Origin: Octopus sinensis
Taxonomy: Eukaryota
DNA length: 64,000 bases
Direction of reading: 5' to 3'
Assembly (NCBI RefSeq): GCF_006345805.1
Contig: NC_043003.1
Coordinates: 64,294,001-64,358,000, forward strand
Of this stretch, positions 11,641-25,099 are shown in pieces. The notes beneath the pieces were generated by a model. The model did no database searches, was not told the DNA's origin, and worked only from the letters and a program-made list of their open reading frames with translations. Numbering within the stretch: position 1 is the stretch's first letter; every line of letters begins with the position of its first letter. Both the position numbers and the translations under genes were made by a program.

Positions 11641-12361
11641 TGCGCACAAACACATATACATATATAACAGGCTTTTTTCAGCTTCCATCTACCAAATCCA
11701 CTCACAGGGATTTGGTCGGCCCATGGCTATAGTAAGAGTCACTTGCCTAGATGCTGTGCAATAGACCCCATGGTTGGGAAGCAAGCTTCTTAACCACTGA
11801 GCCATACCTGGTATTAAATTATTGTAACTGTATTTATATTTTCCCTAGCAAATATTATGGTGGCTACTTATTTGTGTTAATGGCCACAACCAGTGGATTC
11901 CACAGCATGTGTATACATATGTTAATCTTACCATAACAGAACAGTACACTATATATTTCTAAATTTGTAAACAAACCTGATGACTGTAAATTATAGAGAA
12001 GTGCGACACATGATCATCATCGTTTAACGTCCGTTCTCCATGCTAGCATGGGTTGGACGGTTCGACCGGGGATCTGGGAAGCCAGAAGGCTGCACCAGGC
12101 TCCAGTCTTATCTGGCAATGTTTCTATAGCTGGATGCCCTTCCTAATGCCAACCACTCCGTGAGTGTAGTGGGTGCTTTTTACGTGCCACCTGCACAGGT
12201 GCCAGGCGAGGCTGGCAATGGCCACGGTCGGATTGGTGTATTTTATGTGTCACCGGCACGGAAGCCAGTCGAGGCGGCGCTGGCATTGACCACGAGTCGC
12301 TGGCATTGGCCACGTAAGTATTTTTTAATATCTGTTAATATATATTATTTATAAAATAATA

Positions 12362-12851
12362 TATGCTCCGTTTAGAGCGACTAAGCATAAGCAAATGACC
12401 AAAAAAGGATGGGCCAAACCACTGGGAACTGAACACAATATCATTGTGCATCTGTACCAGCAGATCTAGCTCCCTTCTAAGGCGGGAGATAAGTGGCTAG
12501 TATTTCCTCTCCTTTTCACGGGTTGTATCGTGTAGCACCTTGCCCTGCTTGCACTGGATAGTAATGTCAATGATAACTACTTCTTCGGAACTGCATGACC
12601 AGCTCAGGGCTGAGCTTGGTCCCAGAAACCTGATAGGCTGGCTCCCAGCTGACCACTAATCTGGTTTGTTTACAAATCTATAAAAATATATATATACTAG
12701 ACTACAATTATCTATACATTAAATTTGGCTGAATTGCGTGTGTACAGAGCAGTGTAAGCATTGATGTCATGTTCAATTTCCAGTGGTTCGGCGCTTTGGC
12801 CCATCTTTTTTTAGTCAATTATTTAGGTTTAGTCACTTTAAATGGAGCACA
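12362..12851. mobile_element. Foldback MITE with about 90-bp TIRs, TGT...ACA-like termini (Ginger-like)
   Basis: Left TATGCTCCGTTTAGAGCGACTAAG...GATGGGCCAA..ACCACTGGGAACTGAACAC matches the reverse complement of the right arm ending GGAGCACA. Flanks aata/tata. Confidence 0.75.
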
Positions 12852-14734
12852 TATATAATTACAGTTATTATATATCATCATTACTGTTTAACATCTACTT
12901 TCCATGCTGGCATGAGTTGGACGGTTTGACTGAGGACTGGCGAGCCAGAAGGCTGCACTAGGCTCCAATCTGATCTGGTAAAGTTTCTACATCTGGATGC
13001 CCTTCCTAACGCCAACCACTCTGAGAGTGTAGTGGGTGCGTTACATGTGCCACCGGCATGAGAGCCAGTCAGGTGATTCTGGCAACGATCACGCTTGAAT
13101 GGTGCTACACACACACTGGTCCACACTGATGTCTTTTATTTTTATTTTGTGTTCCTATATGTTCCGTAACTTAGTGGCCCAACAATTAGAGATTGATAAA
13201 GTAGGCACCAGACTAAAACAAGTACTGGAGTTGATATATCTGAGTAAACTTTTGGAAACAGTGCCCCAGAATGGCCACAGTCCAATGACTAAAACCACTG
13301 TAAGAATTAAATATATAGCAACAAGATCAAAAGACCTCTTTACATTATCTTCTGATGTGAATGAACAATAGACGAAAGAAGGGAAAAAATGTATTTCTCT
13401 GTTTCTGATAAGCTGTCAGGCATTTTGCCAAGATAGGAATCAGACTGTCCATAATTACCAGAAATGTTTCAATTTAAAAATTTTAAGAAGATGCTTGAAT
13501 TTCAACAAAAGATCAATAATACCAAATCATCAGTCTAGATGAATCATCACTCGTTCAATTTTACTTGTATTGTCTTTACGTTTTCTTGCTGATAACAAGT
13601 TAACAACATCTTTTGGTTTCCTTCTCTATCTCCAAGACAGGAGATAATATCATAAGAAAATAATTGAGCACAAATTCAGAGAGTAAGCTAGTTGTTTAAA
13701 TTCTGGCCTGCAGATTCCCAGATAAAATTGGTCATTTTGTTAATAATGTTGTTTAACTCCAGCCCAGCCTTGATCGAACAGAACTATGATCATAAACAGT
13801 CCAACCATGACACTTCCATCTGTTCTTTTCTTCTGGCTAAATATATCTGGAAGTACATTATCCAATGTATTACCCCTCTACCTTTTTTTTCTCTTCTGGA
13901 CAGTAAATGTAACTTGAGATCTCGCTGCCATTTCTAGATGGTTGCGAAGTAAATTAAGCGAGATAGGCTCTCCTAATTGTAAGGTTGATATTGATATCTA
14001 GCTTTAATTTTTGAAATCATAATCATCATCATCGCCACCATATTCATCAGCATTTTAATGTCCAATTTTCCATGCTTGCCTATTTTGGAATTGGAATCAA
14101 GCACGTACACACATGCACACGCAGAAATATACACGTACAGATTGAAAGAGAGGAAGACATTACAATTCATTAATTGATCACGATTGAAATAAACCTTCCC
14201 CTCTTCTCATACACAGAAAGAAAAATATGCTCACACACATAAACAGAGAGAGAGAGAGAGAGCAAGAAGTTATCAACTAAATATGATTGGCATAAGTACT
14301 TCCCTTCTCCTTTTACAAATCAAGTGAAATGTGCTGACAAACACAAACAGAGATGGATGGAGGGAGAGAACAAGAGGAACATTGTTTGATGTGAAATAAG
14401 TTAGCATCAAACCAGCGACACCAGATAGGTATGGCACAGCCATTGTTGTACAAAAATGTCTCCTACCCTAGAAAAGCATCTACTCCCCTGAACAAGACAG
14501 TTGCATGATACCTCCTCTAACCAGGACCATGTGGCACATTCATTTCTCCAACTGTATCTCACCCAACAAATCTTGTGCTAACCAATTCATCTGGTCCTTC
14601 CTTTGCAGAATGTCAATTCCCTGAAATTCTCTCTCCATCTACATTTTCCCAGTGAATGTCAAATTAGAGATGTTAAAGCTGAACTGTACTGATCTCTTTG
14701 TATAGTCTTGGAGGTGCTGAAATGGCTGTGCCAG

Positions 14735-15070
14735 AACGCCTTGTATCCTACACTCATGGCCTTTGCAGGTCTTCTGAGATCAGTTAAATCGATGTGGTTC
14801 ATGTCCTTCTTGAACAGCTGCAAATTGATGGCTGCCAGAAAAATACTTGGACAGAGAAGAAATTCCAGAAGGCTAACCTCCTGTGGAAGGAGGACTGGAT
14901 TAAATGGTTAATGAGATGGTGGGTAAACATGGTGAACTTTAATGGGTGACACAGGGTATAGATGAGCTAAGTGGGCCACAGTAGAGATGTCATGAGTTCC
15001 AAGGGCCCGTGGGTCTTTTCGCTGTGGTAGAAAAGCTAGTGAAGAGACAGCATGCATGCAGGCCAGAAGT
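14735..15070 (-). mobile_element. CR1/L2-group LINE 3' fragment
   Basis: Minus-strand relic SSFHRRLAFWNFFS ... AINLQLFKKDMNHIDL resembles the SFFxRTxxxWNxLP...FKxxVN C-terminus; frameshifted. Confidence 0.55.
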
Positions 15071-15689
15071 TGGATTGTTGTTATCATCAACCCCTGGGAA
15101 TTATTACCTCAATCCTAGGACCTGTAGGGTCAGTTACCTAGATTCCATGGTGTACAAATGACTAGGATCACAATGTGACCCTGAACAGGACACTGGTCTA
15201 TCACAGGATTATTCTTTTACAGTTGAGTAATGGGAAATATAGTAGAAGTTAAAGTTGCCTCCTCAAGTCGTACCAACTCGTAAGGGCCAATTTCACGGCA
15301 TGTAAAAAGCACTATCCGAACATGATCGATGTCAGGACTGCATGACTGACTCTTGTGCTGGTGGTAAGTAAAAAGCACCCACTACACTCTCGCAGTGGTT
15401 GGCACTCAGAAGGGCATCCAGCTGTAGAAACATTGCCAGATCAGATTGGAGCCTGGTGCATCCTACTGACTCTCCAGACTTCAGTCAAACCATCCAACCC
15501 ATGCCAACATGGAAAATGGACTTTAAATGATGATGATGATGTCTATTCTCCACCTGGATGGGATACCAGTCCGTCACCAGATTACTCATTTTTGCCAGGA
15601 GATGGGACTAGAGCAAAGTGAAATGAAGTGTCTTGCTCAAGAACATAATACATCGTCTGATCCAGGAACTGAAACCACAATGCTGGTGT

Positions 15690-15988
15690 TGGAGGAATCA
15701 GTGGAATGGCTGGCAAGGGCAAATGGAGGGCTGTGGTATGGTCATATGTTGAGGAGGGACGAGGAGCATGTTCTGAAGAGGGTGCTAAAGTCTGAAGTAA
15801 ATGGACAGCAGAAGCAAGGTAGACCGAGGAAAATGTGGAGAGGACAGGTGGAGGAGGAGAGTGGTAGAGCTGGCTTGAGGAGGGAGGACATCCAAAACCA
15901 GGCTAGATGGTTGCTATGGCATTGAAGTAGATCTGCCCACCCCTGTTAACAGGGACAAAACCTGGATTTAAAATAATGGATGATGATG
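15690..15988 (+). mobile_element. RTE LINE 3' end
   Basis: LWYGHMLRRDEEHVLKRVLKSEVNGQQKQGRPRKMWRGQVEEE...EDIQNQARW, then 3' UTR and (GAT)n tail. Confidence 0.88.
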
Positions 15989-16505
15989 AATCTTACAATC
16001 ATGGGTTCAACAGCCTAACCACTGAACCACGCACCTCCACTGTAAAATGAAGTCCTTTTTTCTAAAGAACACCACTTGGCCCAGAAATTGAAACTGCAAT
16101 CTTGCAATCATGAATGCAACACCTGAATCACTAGGCCATGCACCTTCACCGTTGTTGTGTCAGTTTTCTTTTCTTTTTTGACATACAGTATGTGTGTAGT
16201 AGCAGTAATATTTTATATGTTAGAGTAGTATTGTATTCTAACATTCCATATCAACATGTTTCCACATCTCAAAAGCCCTAAATTGTCAAATAATTTTTTC
16301 CCCACTTTTTTTTTCTTTCTGACATGCCACATATTTACAGTATAAAGTTGATGTAAGTTAAATGCATAAAAATATTAAATATATATTCAAAAATATATAT
16401 TTTGTTTTGATAGGTGTTTACAGGATGAAACCTTTATTTAAGATATGTATAAAATGGATTTTTTATCTTCGGAAAAGAATATTTGTTTCTTTTGTACCAT
16501 TCTAG

Positions 16506-16566
16506 GTTATGGTCAGATGATTTGCAGAAAATCCACTTGCTTGAAAAATCTTCTTGCCTTATTCAG
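16506..16566 (+). CDS. TERB1: TERB1-like exon 3 (SYGQMICRKSTCLKNLLALFR)
   Basis: ccattctAG acceptor, GTATGT donor; 61 nt, phase 1-2. Matches TERB1 RTGQTLVRETGCITVLSRLFR. Confidence 0.88.
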
Positions 16567-19500
16567 GTATGTTTTGATCATTTTGCATTTTTTTATGGAG
16601 ACTTGAAAAATAAACTTTGTACAAGGAATGTACAAAATATTTCTGCTGAAAATGTGTTCCAGTTGAAGAATTGGTTTTATTACTAGTTTAATCAGTCATC
16701 ATCATCATTATCATCATCATTTTAATGTCCACTTTTCCATGCTTGCATGGGTTGGACAGAATTTATTGAGGCAGATCATCTACAGCTGGATGCTCTTTCT
16801 GTTGCCAATGCTTACCTGTTTCCAAGCAAGGTAATATTTTCCCTTGCAGAATATTGGTAATATTTCCCTTGGCCACACGTTTTCACAGAGTTTTGGAAAT
16901 GGATGCCACAACATGTATGACTGTGACAATCATTTCACAACTATCTTTACATTCTGAGTTTAAATTCTGCCAAGGTTGACTTTGACTTTCATCCTTTTGG
17001 AGTCAATAAATTAAGTACCAGTTGCATACTAGGGTCAATCTAATCAACTGGCTCCCTCCCCTGAAATTTTGGGCCCTGTGCCTAGATTAGAAATGATTCA
17101 TTTAACAACTATCACACTATGTAAAGACAAAGTGATACAAACACTGATTCACACACACACACACACAATGAACTTTGTTTCAGTTTCTGTCTACCAAATC
17201 CATTCACAAGTCTTTGGTCTGTCCGGGGTTATTGTAGCAGATGCTTTGATTTATTGTTTTGGAGATCTGCCATTATTGTCTGGGCCATCTTGGCAGTTGC
17301 TTAATCTGAGGTTTTCACTTTTGCTCCTTCTAAAATGACTGAATGCTTGTGCTTAAGCAAACAGAATTATATTAAAATATTGATTGAGAGGAAAATTACC
17401 AGGATGCCTCTACGTGAAAAACATATTGTTACACATTTAACATAATGAGCCCAAACAGTTTAATTTAAAATGGCATTTGTAGTGAGGAGAGAAATCTTTA
17501 ATTTTAATGATTAATTCTGGTCATAAAAAACAAGGGAGACAATTCTGAAATCTGAATTAAAAATTGAATGGAGTGAATCTGATCTTGACAAAATAAGCAT
17601 GTTATCATCTCTCTTTAACTTCAAATTTGGTATACTGTCCTCTTCTAATCCAGTTGATGCCACCTACTATTTATCTTTCATCTATGGAATCAGTTACGTC
17701 CAATCAAGGCTGAACATACAGCTGCATTTATGCGAGAGTGTTTGTGTGTTTCCTTGTCTTGACATTGCATGGTTCTTGTAAATGAATGTCATCCACATGT
17801 GATACTCTGCTGGGACACGCCTACCCATGAGGAGATATATTTCCTTGCTTGAAAGCTGGTACGTGTTGGCAACAGCAATTTCATCCAGCCATAGAAAATC
17901 TGCTTCAATAAACTCGGTCTGGCCTATTCATCATTGTTTAATGTCCATTTTCCATGCATGCATGGGTAGAACGGTTGACAGGTGCCAGCCAGGTAGAAAA
18001 ACTACCCTGGGCTAGTGTGTCTGTTTTGGCAGGGATTTTATGGCTGGATGCCCTTCCTAACACCAACCACTCTGCAGAGTGGACTCGGGGCTTTTTACTT
18101 GGCACTAGCACATGGGAGGTTAGTTTTGGCTGGATGCCCTTCCAAACGCCAACCATGATGTATGTATGTTCAAGCATGGGAAAGTGGACATTGAAACAGT
18201 GATAAAGCGCAATTTATTTTAAAAGAAATATAGTAAGAAAAGGTCTAAAGGATCCTGCTTTCCACAGATTTTTACCTGTGCCTATCCTCTACTTAAAATT
18301 AGAAACCCTTTGTAGATGCTCTCCTTGTCATAAATCAACTTCATGAACCCAAGGATTATTCCATGTCAATTATGAATGTCTTTCATCTTATCCACCTCCT
18401 GTTTTATTTCATAATCACATTTATTTGTTCTAAAGATTTTTTTATGTTTTGGTGATATAAATTTCTGTTTAAGGAGTTTTAACTTGCAAAGATTCTTTTT
18501 CAAACGGTTTTAGAGTGTGTAGCATAAAATTTTAATATATACAACTCAGCTGCACAAACATAAAATGAAATTAATGTTGAACTTAGTTCTTTAAAATATC
18601 CAAACTTGGTTGACATTCTCTTAAAGGGATTAATTCTGGATTTGCCTTTAAACGTGCATGAATAAATAAAATTTGTTTTAGTATAATCTTTATCCTCATT
18701 AAAATTTCAATGTCGGAATGACAATTCATGCTTGAAGATATGACTTTGTATTCTTATATTTCTTATTTAAATTTCCTGTTTGCTAAATGAAATCCATACA
18801 AAAGATGTGTTTGTGATAGGTGATTCATAATAGATATTAGAGACATGCAGAATTAATTAGAATTATATTATCTATAAAATTAGGCTAATTTTTTTTTTTA
18901 TTACCATTTTAAAAATTTAAACTATGAATATTCATTATTTGAATCTTCTTGGAGAAAATAGTTTCAGCAACTTATATGCAGGTTTTGGAATTGGAATTGC
19001 ATGGCTGCTTGGAGAAGCATCGTATACTAAAGCCCTTAGCCGACCAACGTTTTGTCAGTGGATTTGATGGGTGGAAACTGTGTAGAGCTCATTGTGTGTG
19101 TGTGTGTATGTATATGTATTCGTTTCAGCCCTGTGGGAGCACCACCAGGAGATATGTGTGCATGTTTTTGTGTGTTTTTCCCTACTATCACTTGACAACC
19201 AGTGTTGGGTTGTTTACATCCCTGTAAATTAACAGTTTAGCAAAAAAGACTGAGAGAATAAGAACCAGGCTTAAAAAATAAGTCCTGGGGTTGATTTATT
19301 TGACTAAACCCTTCAGGGCAGTGCCACAGCATGGTCACAGTTCAATGACTAAAACAAGTAATAAAAATGCTATGCCCAGAAATTATATTTGGGGAATCAC
19401 TGACAGTTCTATAAGAGACAAGGAAAGTAACTTTTTGACAACCTTTTTATTTTGTAATTTAGTCTTAAATATGCACATTTATACCTGAGAATATATTTCA

Positions 19501-20307
19501 AATCCCAGACCTTAAAAAATGTTCATGGCTGTCATGTCAGTATATGAATTTAATATTCATAACAGCTCTTGCTTTTGTTGAAGATTCAAGCTTAAAGGAA
19601 CTCCCCACTACACATGATCTCTGTGCAATCCTATGCACATGGTTACAACTTCACAATATTTAATCACAAGGACCTTAACAGTGACCTACAATTTTAACAC
19701 CTGAACTGCAAATATTGTGACTACTTGTGTGTAAATAATTCAAAATTCTGCCAACCCCTTCAAGAATGTTGTAAATATTGGATATTAATATCATCATCAT
19801 CATTGTTTAACATCTACTTTCCATACTGGCATGGGTTGAATGCTTTGACTGAGGACTAGCAAGCCTCTTAAGGAAAAGAATAGACTTGAAATTAAATTTT
19901 TAAACAATTTAGGCAGAGAAGTGCATCATCATCATCATCATCTGTCCACTTTTTCCTTGCTTCCATGGGTCAAACCAAATTTGTTCAGGTAGATTTTCTT
20001 CATCCAGATACCTTCCTTGTTGTCAACCCTCACCTGTTTCCAACCAAGGTGATATTTTCCCACAGCAAGGCACATTTTGTCATGAAAATGAACAACCTCC
20101 CTTATATGATGATAATCCTTATTAACAACCGTCACATGGTGTCTAGACAAGGGTACATGCACATACATTTTAGCACACACACACGATAGGCTTCTTTCAT
20201 TCTCCATCTTTTTATGTGGCACCAGCACAGGTATAGAATGGAATTTGAGGGACTATGCATAGGCTTAACTGTTGGTTTGAGCTTGTGATCAATAATTCCT
20301 ATAGATA

Positions 20308-21290
20308 GGCACAGGAGTGGGTGTGTGGTAAGTAGCTTGCTAACCAACCACATGGTTCCAGGTTCAGTCTTACTGCATGGCACCTTGGGCAAGTGTTTTC
20401 TACTATAGCCTCAGGCCGACCATGAGTGGATTTCGTAGATGGAAACTGAAAGAAGCCCATCGTGTATGTATATATATATTTATCATCATCATCGTTTAAC
20501 GTCCGTTCTCCATGCTAGCATGGGTTGGATGGTTCGACCGTGGATCTGGGAAGTCAGAAGGCTGCACCAGGCTCCGGTCTTATCTGGCAATGTTTCTACA
20601 GCTGGATGCCCTTCCTAACGCCAACCACTCCGTGAGTCTAGTGGGTGCTTTTTACGTGCCACCTGCACTGGTGCCAGGCGAGGCTGGCATCGGCCACGGT
20701 CGGATTGGTGCATTTTATGTGCCACCTGCACAGAAGCCAGTCGAGGCGGCACTGGCTTCGGCCACGATTCGGATGGTGCTTTTTACGTGCCACCGACACG
20801 GAAGCCAGTCGAGGCGGCGCTGGCATCAGCCACGATTCGGATAGTGCTTTTTACGTATCTCCAGTCCAGGGGTCCTGGCATCTGCCGGGTGCCAGTCATA
20901 GGATTGGTTCAATTTCGATTCCGATTTCACTTGCCCCAACAGGTCTTTGCAAGCAAAGGGGGGTTGGCATAGGTGCCTGTCGTCGGATGAGGTTCGATAT
21001 CGACTTCGCTTGCCTCAACAGGTCTTTGTGTGTCCAAGGGAGGAAAGGCATGCATATATATATATATATATACATGTATGTGTGTGTCCGTATTCGTCCC
21101 CCCACCATCGCTTGACAACCGATGCTGGTGTGTTTATGTCCCTGTAACTTAGTGGTTTGGCAAAAGATATCAATAAAATAAGTACTAGGCTTACAAAGAA
21201 TAAGTCCTAGGATCGATTTGTTCTACTAAAGGCTGTACTCCAGCATGGCCACATTCGAATGACTGAAACAAGTAAAGCTGAAAAGAAAAA
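20308..21290 (+). mobile_element. Family A SINE split by a nested RTE-tail element (20483-21055, minus strand)
   Basis: SINE 5' half at 20308-20475 and 3' half at 21075-21290 flank the insert at the internal (TA)n tract. Confidence 0.85.
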
Positions 21291-21949
21291 GAAAAGTACC
21301 TTAATATTTGAGAAGAGACTGAGGTTGGTGGTAAAGAAAAGATTTAAAGTGTTGAAGGATACAATAAATTGCTTGTGTATAAGATTTAGTTGTTAACAGC
21401 CCTCTGTATTTTATGTAAAATGTTGCTAGGATGTTGAAAGAAAATTATTGATTGGAAAGAACTTCCGTCTGTTTTATATATATGTGTGTGATTTTTAATG
21501 AAGCCAAAAAATATATAATTTGTGTTAATTACTTGGCTATAATATATTAAGATAATAAAGCAGCTTTTAAATGATTTACGCTCTTCATTAGCACTTACTC
21601 TTCTAAATAAATTTTGTAATTGGAGATCAATCAGATCAGTGCTTTTTTTTTTTTTTTTTCAGATTACATTATTGATCTATAATTCTGTTAGCACCATTCT
21701 CTTTAATTCAGATTTCATTTGATGAGAAATTAATTGCTACTGCCAAAAATATGCAGCTCAATTCAATACAGTTGTCATCATATACAAATGCAATAAAATA
21801 TAGATTACCAAAACTGTTACATTTCAAAATACAATTACAGCAGAAATACACACAATAAATAGATTAATGTTGTCTGTTGTAGGCACAAGACCAGAAATTT
21901 GGTAGGCGGATACTGTTGACTGTATCAACACCAATCTCTTCTCTTTATT

Positions 21950-22390
21950 CTTTCTCTTCAGATGGAGTGTAAATCATTGATGAGTTTTCTCCACTATTAT
22001 CCACTCTGGATCCTTTCTGCTTTTTCAGCTCTGCCTCAGTATTTCACCTTCATCTATTTTTTATTGTGTCCTCTTCTGCTTCCCTTGAGGATTCCAGGTT
22101 AGGGCTTATGTTTCTCTGAGAAAAGGCCCTTTTTTGCTCAGGTTTTCTTGGTTTTGAATTGTTATCTCTGCTTCTATGTATTTGGATTATATTTTCTAGG
22201 TAGAGTTGTTGGCCCTATACAAACCCATTTTTACCTCAAGGAAGACATGGTCCATATTAATTTGGCCTCTGTTCTTCGACCTGTTCTGCTTGAGAGCCCC
22301 TATGAGGAGCCTGCATTCTGCTGACTTAGTCCTCTGGGTCATTGAGGTGCACAAGCCACCACACCACAGCAAAGACTAAACCTTGTGGTC
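21950..22390 (-). mobile_element. Bipartite non-autonomous RTE derivative (5' UTR joined to ORF2 C-terminus/3' end)
   Basis: Minus strand: gtggtgtggtggcttgtgcacctcaatgacccagag...gggccaacaactctaccctagaaaa (RTE-type 5' UTR), then LTWNPQGKQKR (RTE ALTWNPQGKRKRGRP motif) within about 150 bp. Confidence 0.7.
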
Positions 22391-22689
22391 GATCAACAGC
22401 AATATTTGACTGATACTTCCTTTTATCAACCCTTGGAAAAAGGAAAGACAAAGTCAACATCTGCAGGATTCAGGTTCAAATTGTATAAAGATTTAACTAA
22501 CGACCCAGTTTGTCTGAAGCTTTACCAATTCTATCAGTGTATGTTACAACGATATTAATAACATGGCTAGATAGACAACTTGGTGGTGGTGCTAGTGCTG
22601 GCGGTAAACTTCATACTTCCAGGCCAGACTGATTCTTCAAATACAAGAAAGAAGAATGCCTACCACAGAAATCTAGTTGCATAGAGGAA

Positions 22690-22900
22690 CTCATTGCATT
22701 TCAGATTATGGTCCACACTAAATGACTACCATGGTGACCTACATTCAGAAACTGCCAATATATGTTCAAGTTGCAATGAAAGTTCAGATGAGGTCTTTCA
22801 CTGCATGACTGATTCTACTAATCTAAATAGAACAGACCTATGGAACAATTCTAGGAAAGTATCTATATATTTGGATAATCCCATGAATGGTAGAAAGTAG
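22690..22900 (+). mobile_element. Possible LINE C-terminal zinc-binding (zf-RVT-like) relic
   Basis: ICSSCNESSDEVFHCM resembles CxxC...ETxxHxxxxC, but the final Cys is absent. Confidence 0.35.
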
Positions 22901-23223
22901 TATCTGGCCTGACATGTTTGCAAAAGAAATCACTCATGTGTTTGGCTTTGTAAAATCTAAATGTGCCTGCAGTATATGGCAAACCATAAACAGATTGAAG
23001 AATCTATTGGTCTGAGTATTTGCTGTCTGAGATAATGTGGAATGTTCTCTGCAGACAATGGTCTTGGTAAATCTCTTCCATAAAATAATATCAATGAGTT
23101 TTTTTATTACTAATTTCTCAGTCACACACTTTTACTTCAGATTCTAAACTTCAAGAAAACCTAAAAGAAGAATTAAATTAAATAACTGATTTTGCAAATT
23201 TCTTTGTTACTTTCTTTCTACAG

Positions 23224-23345
23224 ATCAATAACAGACAAGAAGACAAAGGAAAGAGACATTTTGGAAAATGCCATTGTACAGAATGTTGAGCTTCTTGTTA
23301 TTGTCTGCAATGCAATATGTACTTGTGTAAACAATCCAAGAAACA
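23224..23345 (+). CDS. TERB1: TERB1-like exon 4 (SITDKKTKERDILENAIVQNVELLVIVCNAICTCVNNPRN)
   Basis: tttctttctacAG acceptor, GTGAGT donor; 122 nt, phase 2-1. VCNAICTCVNNPRN closely matches TERB1 VCSTLCVCVNNPQN. Confidence 0.92.
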
Positions 23346-24115
23346 GTGAGTTATGCATTTATAAACAGTTTATGTATAGGTGCAGGTATGGCGGTGTGGT
23401 AAACAGTTTGCTTCTCAACCATATAGTTCTAAGTTCAATCCTACTGCTAGGCATCTTGGGCAAGTGTCTTCCACTTCAGTCTTGGGCTGACCAAAGCCTT
23501 GTGATTGGATTTTGTAGATGGAAACTAAAAGAAGCCTGTTGTATATGTATATAAGAATTTATGGTCGAATGAAATGACCTTGGTACATTTTTCTTTTTAA
23601 ACATGGTCCTTATTCTATTGATCGCTCTTATTGAACCACTAAGTCACAAGGATAAACATGGGCACAAAGACACACACACACACACACACACACTCATATA
23701 TATATATATATATATATTCTTTTATTCTTTATTCTTTTATTTGTTTCAATCATTTGACTGCGGCCATGCTGGAGCACTGCCTTTAGTTGAGCAAATCGAC
23801 CCCAGGACTTATTCTTTGTAAGCCTAGTACTTATTCTCTCAGTCTCTTTTGCTGAACCGCTAGGTTATGGGAACGTAAACACCCCAGCATCAGTTGTCAA
23901 GCAAAGTTGGGGGGACAAACACAGACACACAAAAACACACTCGCACACATGTATATGATGGGCTTCTTTCAGTTTCCATCTACCAAATCCATTCACAAGG
24001 CATTGGTTGGCTCAAAGCTATATTAAAGATACGTCCCCAAGGTACCACACTGTGAGACTGAACCCAGAACTATGTGGTTATTAAACAAGCTACTTTCCAC
24101 ACAGCCATTTCTGCG

Positions 24116-24156
<41 letters not shown>

Positions 24157-25099
24157 TGTTTGTATTTGGTTTGCAAGATTCTTTATGTGAATTTGAGTGC
24201 TGAAGCATATTTTATTGTTTTTGGAGAGAATCATTCTCTTTTAGTGCCTTATTACTTAACACACTCACTGGTTTGATTTCCACTCATTTACCTATTTATT
24301 TTTTTCTAAAATTTTCGTTGTTTCTTGCAACCTATTAAGCAGTCATTGACAGAGTGGAAATCAAACTGGTGAATTTGTTAAGTAATATGGCACTAAAAGA
24401 GAATGACTCTCCCCAGACACAATAATATATATATATACGACAGGCTTCTTCCAGTTTTCATCTACCAAATCCACTCACAAGGCTGTGGTCAGCCTGAAGC
24501 TATAGTAGAAGACACTTGTCCAAGGTACCATGCAGTAGGACTGAACCCAGGACCATGTGGTTGAGAAGCAAGCTTCTTACCACACAGTCACACCTGCATA
24601 TGTTTATGTCCCCATAATTTAGCTGCTCAGTATAAGGGACTAACAGAATAAATACTGGGCTTTAAAAAAAGAGGTGCTGAGGTCAAGTCATGTGACTAAA
24701 AACACTTAAAGGCAGTGCCCCAACATGGCCACAGTTCCATGATGGAAAATTCGCACCTAAAGGTTTTCAGAATTGCTGATACAGCCAGGGGAAAAAGGGT
24801 TTTCAATCTAGTTGTATTTAGCATAATTTCACTTATTGAATTTTATTAAATTTTCATTAAATCAAAATAATTTCTGTTTCACAGGTATCACATTGAAAGC
24901 TATTAAATTACAAAGTGTTTGCGTTGTTTATCATAAACTTTATTTTACATTTCTTGCTCACAAGAGATTATGTCCAATCTTTAGCATACTGCTGTATGTC
25001 TTCTCAAATCATGATCACAGGGAAAGTTGTTGATAATTCTTATCAACAAAAACAAAGCTGATAAATATGCACAGGTACTGCAAATTAAGTTTAATTACC

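Noticed and set aside
11976-12000. CTGATGA followed by a hairpin (possible hammerhead)
   Set aside because: Followed by AGAAG rather than GAAA, with no stems I or III.
20880-21055. Hairpin-rich 80-bp repeats with ggcaagcgaa, initially resembling an HDV-like or twister ribozyme
   Set aside because: The pairing order does not fit either fold. The unit translates as ...AKTCWGK*, i.e. duplicated RTE ORF2 stop region.
24884-25033. ORF ending LCPIFSILLYVFSNH, superficially like TERB1 IRPICSFIGLTLANN
   Set aside because: No donor; the exon at 40712-40837 fits better and has canonical sites.
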